NCBI GenBank assembly: GCA_038882975.1
Contig: JAVZNE010000012.1
Location: 1-30,772 of the forward strand
Length of the DNA: 30,772 bases
From: Candidatus Bathyarchaeia archaeon
GTDB lineage: Archaea > Thermoproteota > Bathyarchaeia > Bathyarchaeales > Bathycorpusculaceae
Reading direction: 5' to 3'
Part shown: piece after piece, positions 6,943 through 16,022 of the stretch
Layout: every line of letters starts with the position of its first letter
How positions within the stretch are numbered: position 1 is the first letter of the stretch
Position numbers and translations under genes: made by a program
The notes under the pieces: model-generated
What the model saw: only the letters and a program-made list of their open reading frames with translations
Told to the model about the DNA's origin: nothing
Databases searched by the model: none

Positions 6943-9570
6943 TTAGAATTTGAAGGCAAAATTAAGATATTTTTGGTTTGGTTTCAGTCTTCTTTTACCG
7001 AATGCTGTGGCTATTAGGGTTGATGTTATGAACAGCGCAATGATTATGGTTGACGGGTATTCGGATATCACGTAGTATTGATAATAGTAGCCGTTATTGT
7101 CATTGACCGCCATGTTTCCTGCTTTGTCATAGGCAATTATTTTGTATGTTACCCATGTGCAGTTTCCATAGCCTGGTATAGTTACTTGGAAAGTGTTGGG
7201 TGCTATTTCTGTCATGTTTAGGGTTGTCCATGTTGTTCCGTTGTTTATGCTATACCATAGGGTTACATTTTTCACACCTGAACCATAATCTGTTACGGTT
7301 ACGGTGACCGTTACTTCTTGGTTTAGTGGGACGTTTTCTGGAGGCGGGGTCTGTGAAGGCTCGCTTATTTCAGGCTTAATGTTATCAACAAAGTGTGCCT
7401 CTAATATGTGGTTTGAATCCATTAAGATTGTTATTGGATTTTCTGTTCTTTTGTTACCATCAAGAAGCCAGTAAGCAAATGCATAGCCCGTGTTTGGGAT
7501 TGCAGTTACGTTTAGTTGTACTCCTAAAGTATAAGTGTAAGTTCCCGGTGCTGGATTTGTTGTTCCTTCGGTTGTAGAGGTTATTGTTAGATGGAAAACT
7601 TGTTGGAATACTGCTTGCAGTGCGTGGTTTGCTGTCATTAGAACTTCTATTGGGTTTTGTGAACCAATGTTAATTCCGTCAAGAAGCCAATAGCCGAAAA
7701 CATAGTTTTCTTCTGGAATTGCAGTTATAGTAATGGTGGCGCCGTTGACATAAGTATATGTGCCAGGTGCTGGATTTGTTGTTCCCCCAGGAGTTGTTGA
7801 TATTGTTAGGTTGTAGTAGGGTGGGATTGGTGTGAAGACTGCGTGCAGTGTATGGTTAGAGGTCATTGAAACTTCGATGAGGCTGCTGGAGCCTGCGTAT
7901 GAGCAGTCAAGTTCCCAGTAAGAAAAAGTATAATTAATGTTTGGGACCGCTGTTACTTCAACTCTTGCTCCATTGGCATAGGTATGTACTCCCGGTGAAG
8001 GGATAGTTGTTCCACCGGCTGTCGTGGTTATGGTTAGTTTGAAAGTTAAAGTGCCGTAAGGATACATTAGAGGATAACGGTCCTGATTGTATTCATCAAT
8101 AATGTATGGTGTATCCCATAAGCCGGAACCATAAAGCTCCTCAGCATTCGGATACCTTTCCTCATAATCGCTCCAATAGTTGCCGCCAGAAGGATAACCA
8201 TTATCCCAATTGTTGGCTTCTCCAGGGGACATGTCAGCTTGTTGGGTGTTATTTATGAAATTGTTATGGTAAATGATGTTGCTTGAGGACATGTCAAGAT
8301 AGATGCCATATTCGTTGCTTGCTATATAGTTTCCATGAATAAAATTATTATCAGAGGCAGATGTGAGATAGATGCCCTCACCGTTATTCGTTATGGTGTT
8401 CTCCATGATACAGTTATTATTAGAGAGGAATATCTTGATGCCAATTCTGTTGTTCGCTATGTTGTTTTTTGTGATGTTGCAGTAGCTTACCCAGCCCAGC
8501 CATATTCCACTACCCCAGTCAGAGCTGTTTCTTATAGTGAAGCCTGTTATTGTTACGTTGTTTGCACTTATGGATACGACCTCTCCGACCTGGTTGCCAT
8601 CAATTATGGTATAAGTGCTTTCTCCAATAAGTGTTAGAGACTTGTTTACTTCTATGTTTTCGTAATAGGTTCCTGCTTTAACGAGGATTGCATGTCCATC
8701 CAATGTTTCTGGGGCGTCTATTGCAGATTGTATAGTTAGGTAAACCAGATTTGTGTTAAGATTAATTATGGAGCCATAAGGGTGCATTAGAGGATAATTG
8801 TCTTTGTTGTCCACATTAATGACATATGGTATGTCACCTATTCCGTCCTGGTTTGCGTCAACACCGTTATAATTGCTCCAAAAGTTTCCGCCGCTTGGGT
8901 AGCCGTTGTCCCAAATATTTGACGATTCAGAAATGGCTTGGTAGGTATTGTTTACGAAATTGTTATGATATACAAAGTTGTTTGAGGAAAAACTGCCAAT
9001 ATAGATCCCGTATCGACCTTTTACTATGTCATTATTGGAAATGACATTGTTTGAGGAGCGGTCAATGCTTATGCCTCTTTCCACAATGTTGGTTATTTTG
9101 TTTCCTTCAATATGATTGTTGCCCGAATAGTAAAGAAGGTCTATGCCATCATAGCTGTCCGTTATGTCACATCTAACTATGTTGTTATTTGAGGAAGTGT
9201 AGAGATAAATTCCGTAATAAAAAGATGTAAATTTAATGTTTCTAACTGTCACGTTCACTCGACCGGACAGATATATTCCTTTATACGGGTATATTTTTGA
9301 GCCTTTAATAGTGTATCCTGCTCCATCAAGGATAATGTTGTCTTTTTGTATGATTATCCCGTCATAATTAATCGTAATATTGTCAGTCAACATGTATGTT
9401 ACATTGTCTGAAGTTTGTATCGGTGCGTTTGGCGGGTATATGCTTCCATCAGCTTTTATATAAATTGTTCCACCGGTCCACGCCTCAGAAGGCTTAACAT
9501 AAAACCCAATTATTGTTAACGCATTAATCATTAAAAGAGCCGATATCAAAATTGAAGCAAATCTTTTCAT
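6943..9570 (-). CDS. Cell-surface protein: two NosD/CASH parallel beta-helix modules, three tandem small beta-domains, an Ig-like domain and a C-terminal membrane anchor
   Basis: Signal peptide. GIxL..SxNN repeats. WDNGYPSGGNxWSxY occurs twice. Three LTI(T/S)xTxxGTTxPxPGxxTY repeats. C-terminal VISEYPS + hydrophobic helix + KRRLK. SD AGGAGGA. Confidence 0.9.
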   Translation of the reverse strand: MKRFASILISALLMINALTIIGFYVKPSEAWTGGTIYIKADGSIYPPNAPIQTSDNVTYMLTDNITINYDGIIIQKDNIILDGAGYTIKGSKIYPYKGIYLSGRVNVTVRNIKFTSFYYGIYLYTSSNNNIVRCDITDSYDGIDLLYYSGNNHIEGNKITNIVERGISIDRSSNNVISNNDIVKGRYGIYIGSFSSNNFVYHNNFVNNTYQAISESSNIWDNGYPSGGNFWSNYNGVDANQDGIGDIPYVINVDNKDNYPLMHPYGSIINLNTNLVYLTIQSAIDAPETLDGHAILVKAGTYYENIEVNKSLTLIGESTYTIIDGNQVGEVVSISANNVTITGFTIRNSSDWGSGIWLGWVSYCNITKNNIANNRIGIKIFLSNNNCIMENTITNNGEGIYLTSASDNNFIHGNYIASNEYGIYLDMSSSNIIYHNNFINNTQQADMSPGEANNWDNGYPSGGNYWSDYEERYPNAEELYGSGLWDTPYIIDEYNQDRYPLMYPYGTLTFKLTITTTAGGTTIPSPGVHTYANGARVEVTAVPNINYTFSYWELDCSYAGSSSLIEVSMTSNHTLHAVFTPIPPYYNLTISTTPGGTTNPAPGTYTYVNGATITITAIPEENYVFGYWLLDGINIGSQNPIEVLMTANHALQAVFQQVFHLTITSTTEGTTNPAPGTYTYTLGVQLNVTAIPNTGYAFAYWLLDGNKRTENPITILMDSNHILEAHFVDNIKPEISEPSQTPPPENVPLNQEVTVTVTVTDYGSGVKNVTLWYSINNGTTWTTLNMTEIAPNTFQVTIPGYGNCTWVTYKIIAYDKAGNMAVNDNNGYYYQYYVISEYPSTIIIALFITSTLIATAFGKRRLKPNQKYLNFAFKF
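7390..8043 (-). repeat. Three intragenic tandem domain repeats (~73-76 aa each)
   Basis: Units begin FKLTITTTAGGTTIPSPG, YNLTISTTPGGTTNPAPG and FHLTITSTTEGTTNPAPG. Units 2 and 3 share GGTGCTGGATTTGTTGTTCC on the + strand. Confidence 0.85.
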
Positions 9571-9935
9571 CTTTCATCCTCCTTTTAATAAAGCATGTTT
9601 AATCATCTGTCATTGTCCATGTATGTTCGTCTATAGCTACCTCAAAATCTGACTTTGTGCTGTTGGAAATTAAATTTATGAAATCAGAATACAGACCAAC
9701 AATCAACCATACACCCTAACCAAAATATGAAGTCCAAAATTCTACAGAGAAGGTAAGTCACACAATAGCCTGATATCATAGAGATTTTGTATCACATATC
9801 GTGAGTAACATACAATCGAAATAATTTTCTTTATAGGAAAGATTTTCATAATAATTTAGGCTTTTCTTGGGCAAATGGTTTATGTAGGAAAATCTCCAGC
9901 ATTCACTAGGCAAACGTAAGAAGGTTAAGGGTGAA

Positions 9936-10757
9936 ATGCCGCTAGGTGTAGGGCTTATTGGATGTGGCGCCATTGGGACAATGCTAGCGCAAGCCATAGA
10001 TAGGGGGCAGGCCGGAGACACATGCCTAGTTATGGTTTTTGACAGAAATTTTGGGAGAGCTAAAAATTTAGCGCAGAAACTGAAAAACAAGCCTAAAGTC
10101 GTTAAAAACTTTGAGGAGCTTCTGGAGTGTGAGGGTGTTAGGCTTGTTATAGAGGCTGCTTCTCAAGAGGCTGTTAAAGCCTATGCTGTTGAAGCGTTGA
10201 AGGCTGGAAAAGACCTCATGATCATGAGCGTGGGCGCCCTAGTTGATTCCGATCTGCTTAGCGAGATAAGCCGAGTCGCTAAAGAAAGCGAAAGGAGGGT
10301 TTACATTCCATCAGGTGCAATAGCTGGACTGGACTGTGTGAAAGCCTCCACGATGGGCAAAATTGAAAGCGTCACCTTAACAACGAGAAAGCCCATTGAA
10401 GGCTTAGTGGACAACCCATATTTCATGAGGAAGACTGGCGGGAGGGTTGAAAAGCCAACGCTGATTTATGAGGGTTCGGCTTTGGAGGCGTGTAAGCTTT
10501 TCCCAGCTAATGTTAATGTGGCGGCGACCCTTAGCTTGGCTGGTATAGGCGCTGAAAAAACTGTTGTGCGGGTGGTGGCTGACCCAACCATAAACCGGAA
10601 CATCCATGAAATTGAGGTTAGGGGCGAGTTTGGCGAGCTGCGGGTTCACGTGGAAAATGTGCCCTCTGCTGAAAATCCGAAAACAAGTTTTTTGGCGGCT
10701 CTTTCAGCCATTGCAACTTTAAAGAGGTTAACAGAACCCCTCATTGTTGGAACATGA
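9936..10757 (+). CDS. nadX: L-aspartate dehydrogenase
   Basis: GCGAIG Rossmann motif, IEAASQEAV, IMSVGAL, PSGAIAGLD, TTRKP, FPANVNVAA, NIHEI, NPKTS. Confidence 0.93.
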   Translation: MPLGVGLIGCGAIGTMLAQAIDRGQAGDTCLVMVFDRNFGRAKNLAQKLKNKPKVVKNFEELLECEGVRLVIEAASQEAVKAYAVEALKAGKDLMIMSVGALVDSDLLSEISRVAKESERRVYIPSGAIAGLDCVKASTMGKIESVTLTTRKPIEGLVDNPYFMRKTGGRVEKPTLIYEGSALEACKLFPANVNVAATLSLAGIGAEKTVVRVVADPTINRNIHEIEVRGEFGELRVHVENVPSAENPKTSFLAALSAIATLKRLTEPLIVGT

Positions 10758-11417
10758 ACCGCTATTTTTCCTAAAATATTTCGCTTTAAAGGCTTGAATT
10801 TCCCTTTTCAGCCTTGTCCCCAACGGTATGGCTTTGCCCACTGGTTTGCATAGTCCCATTCTTATGGCTTTAATAACCGCCTCACAGTTGAGTTCGGCGT
10901 CCACCAGCGTATATGCTGAACCTATTTCTGGGGCATAGTGGGCGTCACTGCCACCAACTTGTGGAACCCCAAGGTTTTTAGCCATTTCTAACGCTTGCCT
11001 CGTGGAACGCTTGAATGGGAAGGCTGATGCATTCAAAACCTCCACAGCATCAAAATTCTTGCTCGCTTTTCTCCCAAAACTTGCCTTGAAAAAGGTTTTC
11101 GGGTGACATGCAATAGCCAACCCGCCTAGGCTATGAATTCTGTCTATGGTTTCTTCTGCTGTTAGGTTTTTGGGCACAATCTCGTGGATGTTCAGCCCAA
11201 TTATGTGCCCTTCCAAGCTGGAGACTTCTATGCCCGGTATAACTAGCAAGTCCGCCACTTTTTTTGCCAGTTTTAAAGCTCCGTCCACTCTGTCGTGGTC
11301 GGTTATGGCTATTCCGTTTAAACCAGCCCTTTTAGCATAAATGGCAAGCTCCTTTGGCTTTATTAACCCGTCATATGAGTAGCATGTGTGCACATGGATG
11401 TCTATTTTGACTTTCAG
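10728..11417 (-). CDS. PHP-domain metal-dependent phosphoesterase
   Basis: DIHVHTCYSYDG, AITDHD, GIEVS, GHI, CHP, EVLN, GGSDAH. The first motif (KIDIH) lies upstream of the tracked GTG 11393, so the start is placed at CTG 11417. Confidence 0.88.
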   Translation of the reverse strand: MKVKIDIHVHTCYSYDGLIKPKELAIYAKRAGLNGIAITDHDRVDGALKLAKKVADLLVIPGIEVSSLEGHIIGLNIHEIVPKNLTAEETIDRIHSLGGLAIACHPKTFFKASFGRKASKNFDAVEVLNASAFPFKRSTRQALEMAKNLGVPQVGGSDAHYAPEIGSAYTLVDAELNCEAVIKAIRMGLCKPVGKAIPLGTRLKREIQAFKAKYFRKNSGSCSNNEGFC

Positions 11418-11423
11418 AGGTTT

Positions 11424-13112
11424 TCACTTCGCCATTGCCTTTCTAACTTTCTCCAACATTTCGTCAAGTTTTTTCTCGTCAGCCTCTACTTTGCGGAAAA
11501 GCGGCTTAGCCTCGGCTATTTTGTGGCTTGCTGGTAAGGGCTTTAGGGCTTCATCCCACCTTTGCTTGTGAACGCTTCCAGGCAGATTGAGAGTTTTCCA
11601 AAGTTCCTCCGCAGTGAAAGGAATTATTGGAGCTGATGTTATGGCTAGCGCTTTAACCAGCTGGGCAGCCACATAAATCACGGTTGCAGCCTTGACTCTG
11701 TCGGTTTTAATTAGGTTCCACGGCTCCTTTTCGTTCAAATACTGGTTTCCAAGGCGGCTTATGCTTATAACGCCGTTTGCGGCTGACTGGAGTCGGCAAG
11801 TCTCAAAATCAGCGGCAATTTCGCTAACCTTCTCTTTCAAAGCTTCTAAAACTTTATTGTCGTCTGCGTCCAGCTTGGCGGGTTCTGGAACCTGGCTGTT
11901 AAACTGCCGGTTTATGAAGGATAGTGTTCGATGAATGAAGTTGCCAAAAGTATCGTTTAAATCCGCGTTTATTTTTTCCACGAAGATTTCCCACGAGAAG
12001 TTTGAATCTTTCGTTTCTGGTCTTGTAGCTATTAGGAAGTAACGCCAATAATCCGGTGGGAAGAGCTCTAGGGCTTCGTCAATCCATATTCCTATCCTCA
12101 AGCTTTTTGAGGCTTTTTCACCCTTGAACTGAAGGAATTCTGTGGCGGAAACGTTCCATGGCAAATTATAGTTTTCATGGGAAGCCATTAGCAGTGCTGG
12201 CAAAATTATTGTGTGAAAGGGAATATTGTCCTTCCCAATAAAGTAGAGGGTTTTTGCGTCTTTGTCAAACCAGTAGACTTTCCAACCTTCGGGTTCTCCG
12301 CGGTTTCTAAAATATTCTATTGTTGCTGAAACATAGCCCAGGACGGCTTCAACCCAAACGTAAATGGTTTTTCCTTCGGCTTCTGGAAATGGTGCTGGAA
12401 TACCCCAGCCTACATCCCTTGTAACGGCTCTAGGCTTTAATCCTTCCCTTATTAGGTTTAGGCTGAAGTTTTTGGCGTTTGTGGGCAATTGCCTATTTTC
12501 GCTTATGTATTTGGCTAGTTTTTCCGAAAACCTTCCAAGGTCAAAATACCAATGCTTTGTGGTCTTAATGATGGGCTTGCCCCTGCAGATTACGCAGTAC
12601 GGCTCTATAAGCGTTGTTGGCTCAAGAAGTCTTCCACAATTGTCGCACTGGTCTCCTCGGGCTGGTTCATGTCCGCAGTATGGGCATTTTCCTTCAACAA
12701 AGCGGTCTGGAAGAAAGCGTTTGCACTTCTCGCAGTAGAGCATTTCAGTCTCCTTGGTGAATATGTAGCCGTTCCTGTAAATCTTCATCAAATGCTGTTG
12801 GACAAACTCCTTGTGCACCGGGCTTTCGGTTCGCGTGTAATTGTCAAAGGATATCCCCCACCTCTTGAAAAGCTCCACAACCCTCACGTGGTTTTTATCC
12901 GTTAACTCTTTTGGTTGAACGCCGAGCCTTATGGCTTCAACCTCAATTGGGGTTCCATGCTCGTCAGAACCGCTTACCATGACAACATCTTCGCCCTTAA
13001 GCCTATAATAGCGGGCTACAACATCCGCTGAAAGAACTGAACCCACCAAGTTGCCAATGTGCGGCGTCACATTTATGTAAGGCCAAGCCGATGTAACTAA
13101 AACCTTTCCGAG
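11424..13112 (-). CDS. metG: Methionine--tRNA ligase (short form, no C-terminal tRNA-binding domain)
   Basis: VLVTSAWPYIN-x2-PHIGN (HIGH-like), GSDEHG, Zn-knuckle CxxC pairs, YVWVEA, GKDNIPFH, KASKS. The conserved N-terminus extends 14 codons upstream of the tracked GTG 13070. The start codon is uncertain (CTC at 13112). Confidence 0.95.
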   Translation of the reverse strand, partial: LGKVLVTSAWPYINVTPHIGNLVGSVLSADVVARYYRLKGEDVVMVSGSDEHGTPIEVEAIRLGVQPKELTDKNHVRVVELFKRWGISFDNYTRTESPVHKEFVQQHLMKIYRNGYIFTKETEMLYCEKCKRFLPDRFVEGKCPYCGHEPARGDQCDNCGRLLEPTTLIEPYCVICRGKPIIKTTKHWYFDLGRFSEKLAKYISENRQLPTNAKNFSLNLIREGLKPRAVTRDVGWGIPAPFPEAEGKTIYVWVEAVLGYVSATIEYFRNRGEPEGWKVYWFDKDAKTLYFIGKDNIPFHTIILPALLMASHENYNLPWNVSATEFLQFKGEKASKSLRIGIWIDEALELFPPDYWRYFLIATRPETKDSNFSWEIFVEKINADLNDTFGNFIHRTLSFINRQFNSQVPEPAKLDADDNKVLEALKEKVSEIAADFETCRLQSAANGVISISRLGNQYLNEKEPWNLIKTDRVKAATVIYVAAQLVKALAITSAPIIPFTAEELWKTLNLPGSVHKQRWDEALKPLPASHKIAEAKPLFRKVEADEKKLDEMLEKVRKAMAK

Positions 13113-13205
13113 CTTTACGCACCTCCAACTTTTCCTACTTATATTCTGCTGTTAGTTAAAGATAGGGTTCGTGCTTAAAAATTAAATGGAAAAATGGGGG
13201 GAGAT

Positions 13206-13784
13206 TTAAGGCTGTTCAGATTTTTCTTTCTCTTCTTCCTCAACCCATATCGCTCTGGGTCTTCGAACCGACAAGAATATGACCGCCGCAATGATAATGG
13301 TGCAAACAATCATGAGGACAACATGTATCGTGATGAGACTTAGCATTTGAGCCATATATGGCGGAGTTTGGGAAACATATATGATGGCTTCTGGTCCCTG
13401 TGGGTCTATGACTCCAACCTCCTCGGTATGGACCTCTATTTCAACTGTTGTATCGATGGCTCTTCCATCAGTTGGAACTTTGAAATCTGTGTTAATGGAG
13501 TACACCTCTCCGCTTGCTAGAGCCTTATTTATCTCTAAGGTTTTATTTCCTTCCCATTTACCATTCTTAAAGGCTCTCCACTCTTCGAAGAATACAACTA
13601 TTTTTTTGACAGTCACCGCACCACCTCTGGTATTATTAAATGCTATGTAAAGAGTCCCGGATTCCCCTGGATTATAGATTGGCTTATCGGTCCATGCGGT
13701 TATTGATTTTTGTGCATGCACCAATGAAATACATTGTGCCAGCAGAGAAATTAATGCTATTATTACAACGATTTTCTTTTTCAT
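13206..13784 (-). CDS. Secreted, membrane-anchored Ig-like hypothetical protein
   Basis: MKKK signal peptide with hydrophobic core, TDKPIYNPGE beta-sandwich start, C-terminal TM helix followed by RRPR. Confidence 0.75.
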   Translation of the reverse strand: MKKKIVVIIALISLLAQCISLVHAQKSITAWTDKPIYNPGESGTLYIAFNNTRGGAVTVKKIVVFFEEWRAFKNGKWEGNKTLEINKALASGEVYSINTDFKVPTDGRAIDTTVEIEVHTEEVGVIDPQGPEAIIYVSQTPPYMAQMLSLITIHVVLMIVCTIIIAAVIFLSVRRPRAIWVEEEEKEKSEQP

Positions 13785-13824
13785 TCGCGTCACCTAAATC
13801 ACTCACTTGTCTCTTTTATGTTAT

Positions 13825-15045
13825 TTAAAATTTGTCACATATTAGATGTGACAGCAGTTCTTTTAACTCTTTTAATGACATGTTACTCCTTATCCCTTTG
13901 GGGTTAAAATGCGTCTTTGAAAAAGTAAAACCTCTTTCCGCCATCGCCTTAAGAACATTGTTAGTCGACGGGACTAATAAACCAAGTTTATCGCAAATCT
14001 TGTCCAAAACGTAATATGTAATTGGGGCTTCGCATTCGCTATCCACTAGGCATAAAATCTTCCAAACTCTACTTTTCAATTTGGATTCTTCAGCAGTCTC
14101 TTCCATCAAGATGCAGAAATTTTTGTCTGCAATTTTTTCAAGCCATAGCGGCCCAGCATAATCCATTTTTGAGCCGCATTCTGGACATTTTAGGCTGAAG
14201 CCTTCAGCGAAAGGGTTTTTTGAGGTTTCTCTGTGGAGGCAGTTGAAACAGTGGAGGATGTATCCCATGTTTTGGAGGCTTTTGTCTGCATTTTTTGCGC
14301 CGTGCAGCAGAACTGCATAAACGCGTATGTAATGGTTTGTGCTGTGGCTGAAGAGCACTTTTATGCCCATCTCATGTTTTGCGGCTGTTGTTGCTAAGCA
14401 GCCTATTAATAGCCTAACAGCCACTTCGTGGCAGTACTCCGTTCTGAGGGGTTTACCGCCATACTTTCGTATACAAGCTTTTGGGTGTACTCCGCATAAG
14501 GGTGCCATGTCAGTGGCTGTCAAAGCGAGTAAACCGCCGTCTCTGAGGGCGCGTATGGCAGAATCAAGGAAAGGCACGGGGGAGCCGAAGGGGTCTATGT
14601 CTATGACGTCGAAGCGTTTTTTCGGCGCGCCATGGCGGGCTAGCAAAAGGTTGGCGTCCTCGTTTTTAACAACCACATGCTTTTCCAAATTGTTCATTTG
14701 AATGTTGTATTTTGCAAGCTGGTAAGCCTTCTCGTTAATGTCGTTAATCATGACTTTTTTGACACCTTTCACTTCCTTCGCGAACCTTATGCCCCTAATG
14801 CCACAGCCAGCCAGCGGCTCACATATGGAGATTTCACGTTTCACCATCCTTTGGTATGTTTGAACTGCCAGAACAGCGAAATCCCTGTTTAACTCCATTA
14901 CCGGATTATAGAAGACTGGAGCCTTTGAAGGTGCATATTCGCCCGGCTTTTCAATAAAGGCTGAAAGCTTTGGCACAAGCGCCTTAACCTCGCCTTCTTG
15001 GATGATTTCTGTTGGAAAATCTATTTTCGGCTTTTCACAGCTCAT
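13825..15045 (-). CDS. trm1: tRNA (guanine26-N2)-dimethyltransferase
   Basis: PVFYNPVMELNRD, GIRGIRFAKE, IDIDPFGSP, LTATD, CxxC...CxxC, GPLW, THF. Confidence 0.95.
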   Translation of the reverse strand: MSCEKPKIDFPTEIIQEGEVKALVPKLSAFIEKPGEYAPSKAPVFYNPVMELNRDFAVLAVQTYQRMVKREISICEPLAGCGIRGIRFAKEVKGVKKVMINDINEKAYQLAKYNIQMNNLEKHVVVKNEDANLLLARHGAPKKRFDVIDIDPFGSPVPFLDSAIRALRDGGLLALTATDMAPLCGVHPKACIRKYGGKPLRTEYCHEVAVRLLIGCLATTAAKHEMGIKVLFSHSTNHYIRVYAVLLHGAKNADKSLQNMGYILHCFNCLHRETSKNPFAEGFSLKCPECGSKMDYAGPLWLEKIADKNFCILMEETAEESKLKSRVWKILCLVDSECEAPITYYVLDKICDKLGLLVPSTNNVLKAMAERGFTFSKTHFNPKGIRSNMSLKELKELLSHLICDKF

Positions 15046-15160
15046 TTCTCAATTTGATAAACCTAACAGCCCATATTAGACTTCTGGTCTTATATAGCCC
15101 CAAAATATTTTAGCTGTAAATAGATGTTATGATGATATAAACGGCAAAAGGTGAAGTTAA

Positions 15161-16009
15161 ATGAAGGCGTTTATATCTGTTGATTTGGAAGGCATGCCCT
15201 ACATTGTCACGCCAAGCCACCTGGGCTTAAAAGGCGCATTGTATGAGGAGGCTAGGAAAATCGCCACAAAGGTAACGCTTATAGTCGCCGATGAACTGCA
15301 CAAAAACGGCTTTGAAGAAATTGTTGTCGCGGACAGCCATGGTCCAATGGTTAACCTCCACGTGGAAGACTTGCCAGAATATATGGAGATTGTTAGGGGT
15401 TTCCCCCGCCCACTAAGCATGGTTGCCGGCATTGAAGGATGTGAAGCCGCTGTCTTTCTGGGATACCATGCCAAGTTTGGAACGGCGAAATCTTCCTTTG
15501 ACCACACGTACAGCGGCGGGAGCATACGGAAGGTTGAGGTTAACGGCGTCGAAGTAAGCGAGTTCCTTCTGAATGCCTATGTTGCCGGAGAACTACTTGT
15601 CCCAGTAATAATGGTTGCCGGCGAAGCCCAGCTTATAAGGGATGACGTTAGGAAGTTTGCTCCATGGATTGAAGCGGTCATCCTAAAAGACTCTTTGAGC
15701 AGAGTTTCAGCCAAAAGCCCAAGTATGGCAAAAATTGAAAAAGAGCTGAGGGAAGCCGCAAAAAGAGCATCAAACTTTAGGCCCGGAGCCTCTGGCAAGC
15801 TGCTAACCACCAAAAAACCAGTTAACATGCGGGTAACCTTCCTTGTAAGCCACTTTGCAGACGTCGCTGAGCTCTTGCCAACCGCCAAAAGAGTTGACGG
15901 CTTAACAATAGAGTATACAGCGCAGAGCATGATTGAGGCCTATAAAACCTTTGAGCTGCTCACGCTTGCGGCAAGCGGAATGTCTGCAATCCTAACGCAG
16001 CTATCATAA
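15161..16009 (+). CDS. dppA: D-aminopeptidase, peptidase family M55
   Basis: ISVDLEG, ADSHG.M.N, GYHAK, FDHTYS and SE..LNA motifs. Confidence 0.92.
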   Translation: MKAFISVDLEGMPYIVTPSHLGLKGALYEEARKIATKVTLIVADELHKNGFEEIVVADSHGPMVNLHVEDLPEYMEIVRGFPRPLSMVAGIEGCEAAVFLGYHAKFGTAKSSFDHTYSGGSIRKVEVNGVEVSEFLLNAYVAGELLVPVIMVAGEAQLIRDDVRKFAPWIEAVILKDSLSRVSAKSPSMAKIEKELREAAKRASNFRPGASGKLLTTKKPVNMRVTFLVSHFADVAELLPTAKRVDGLTIEYTAQSMIEAYKTFELLTLAASGMSAILTQLS

Positions 16010-16022
16010 AAGGGTTGACAAA

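Noticed and set aside
6943-9570. Asn (AAY)-rich repeats as a possible diversity-generating retroelement target
   Set aside because: No reverse transcriptase and no template/variable repeat pair differing only at adenines. Asn richness is normal for beta-helix ladders.
9776-10090. 104-aa minus-strand ORF spanning the nadX start
   Set aside because: Half is antisense to nadX and half is AT-rich promoter sequence, with no recognisable features.
11424-11426. Selenocysteine decoding of the metG UGA
   Set aside because: The position is an inter-domain linker, not a Cys-equivalent site, and no SECIS or Sec machinery is visible.
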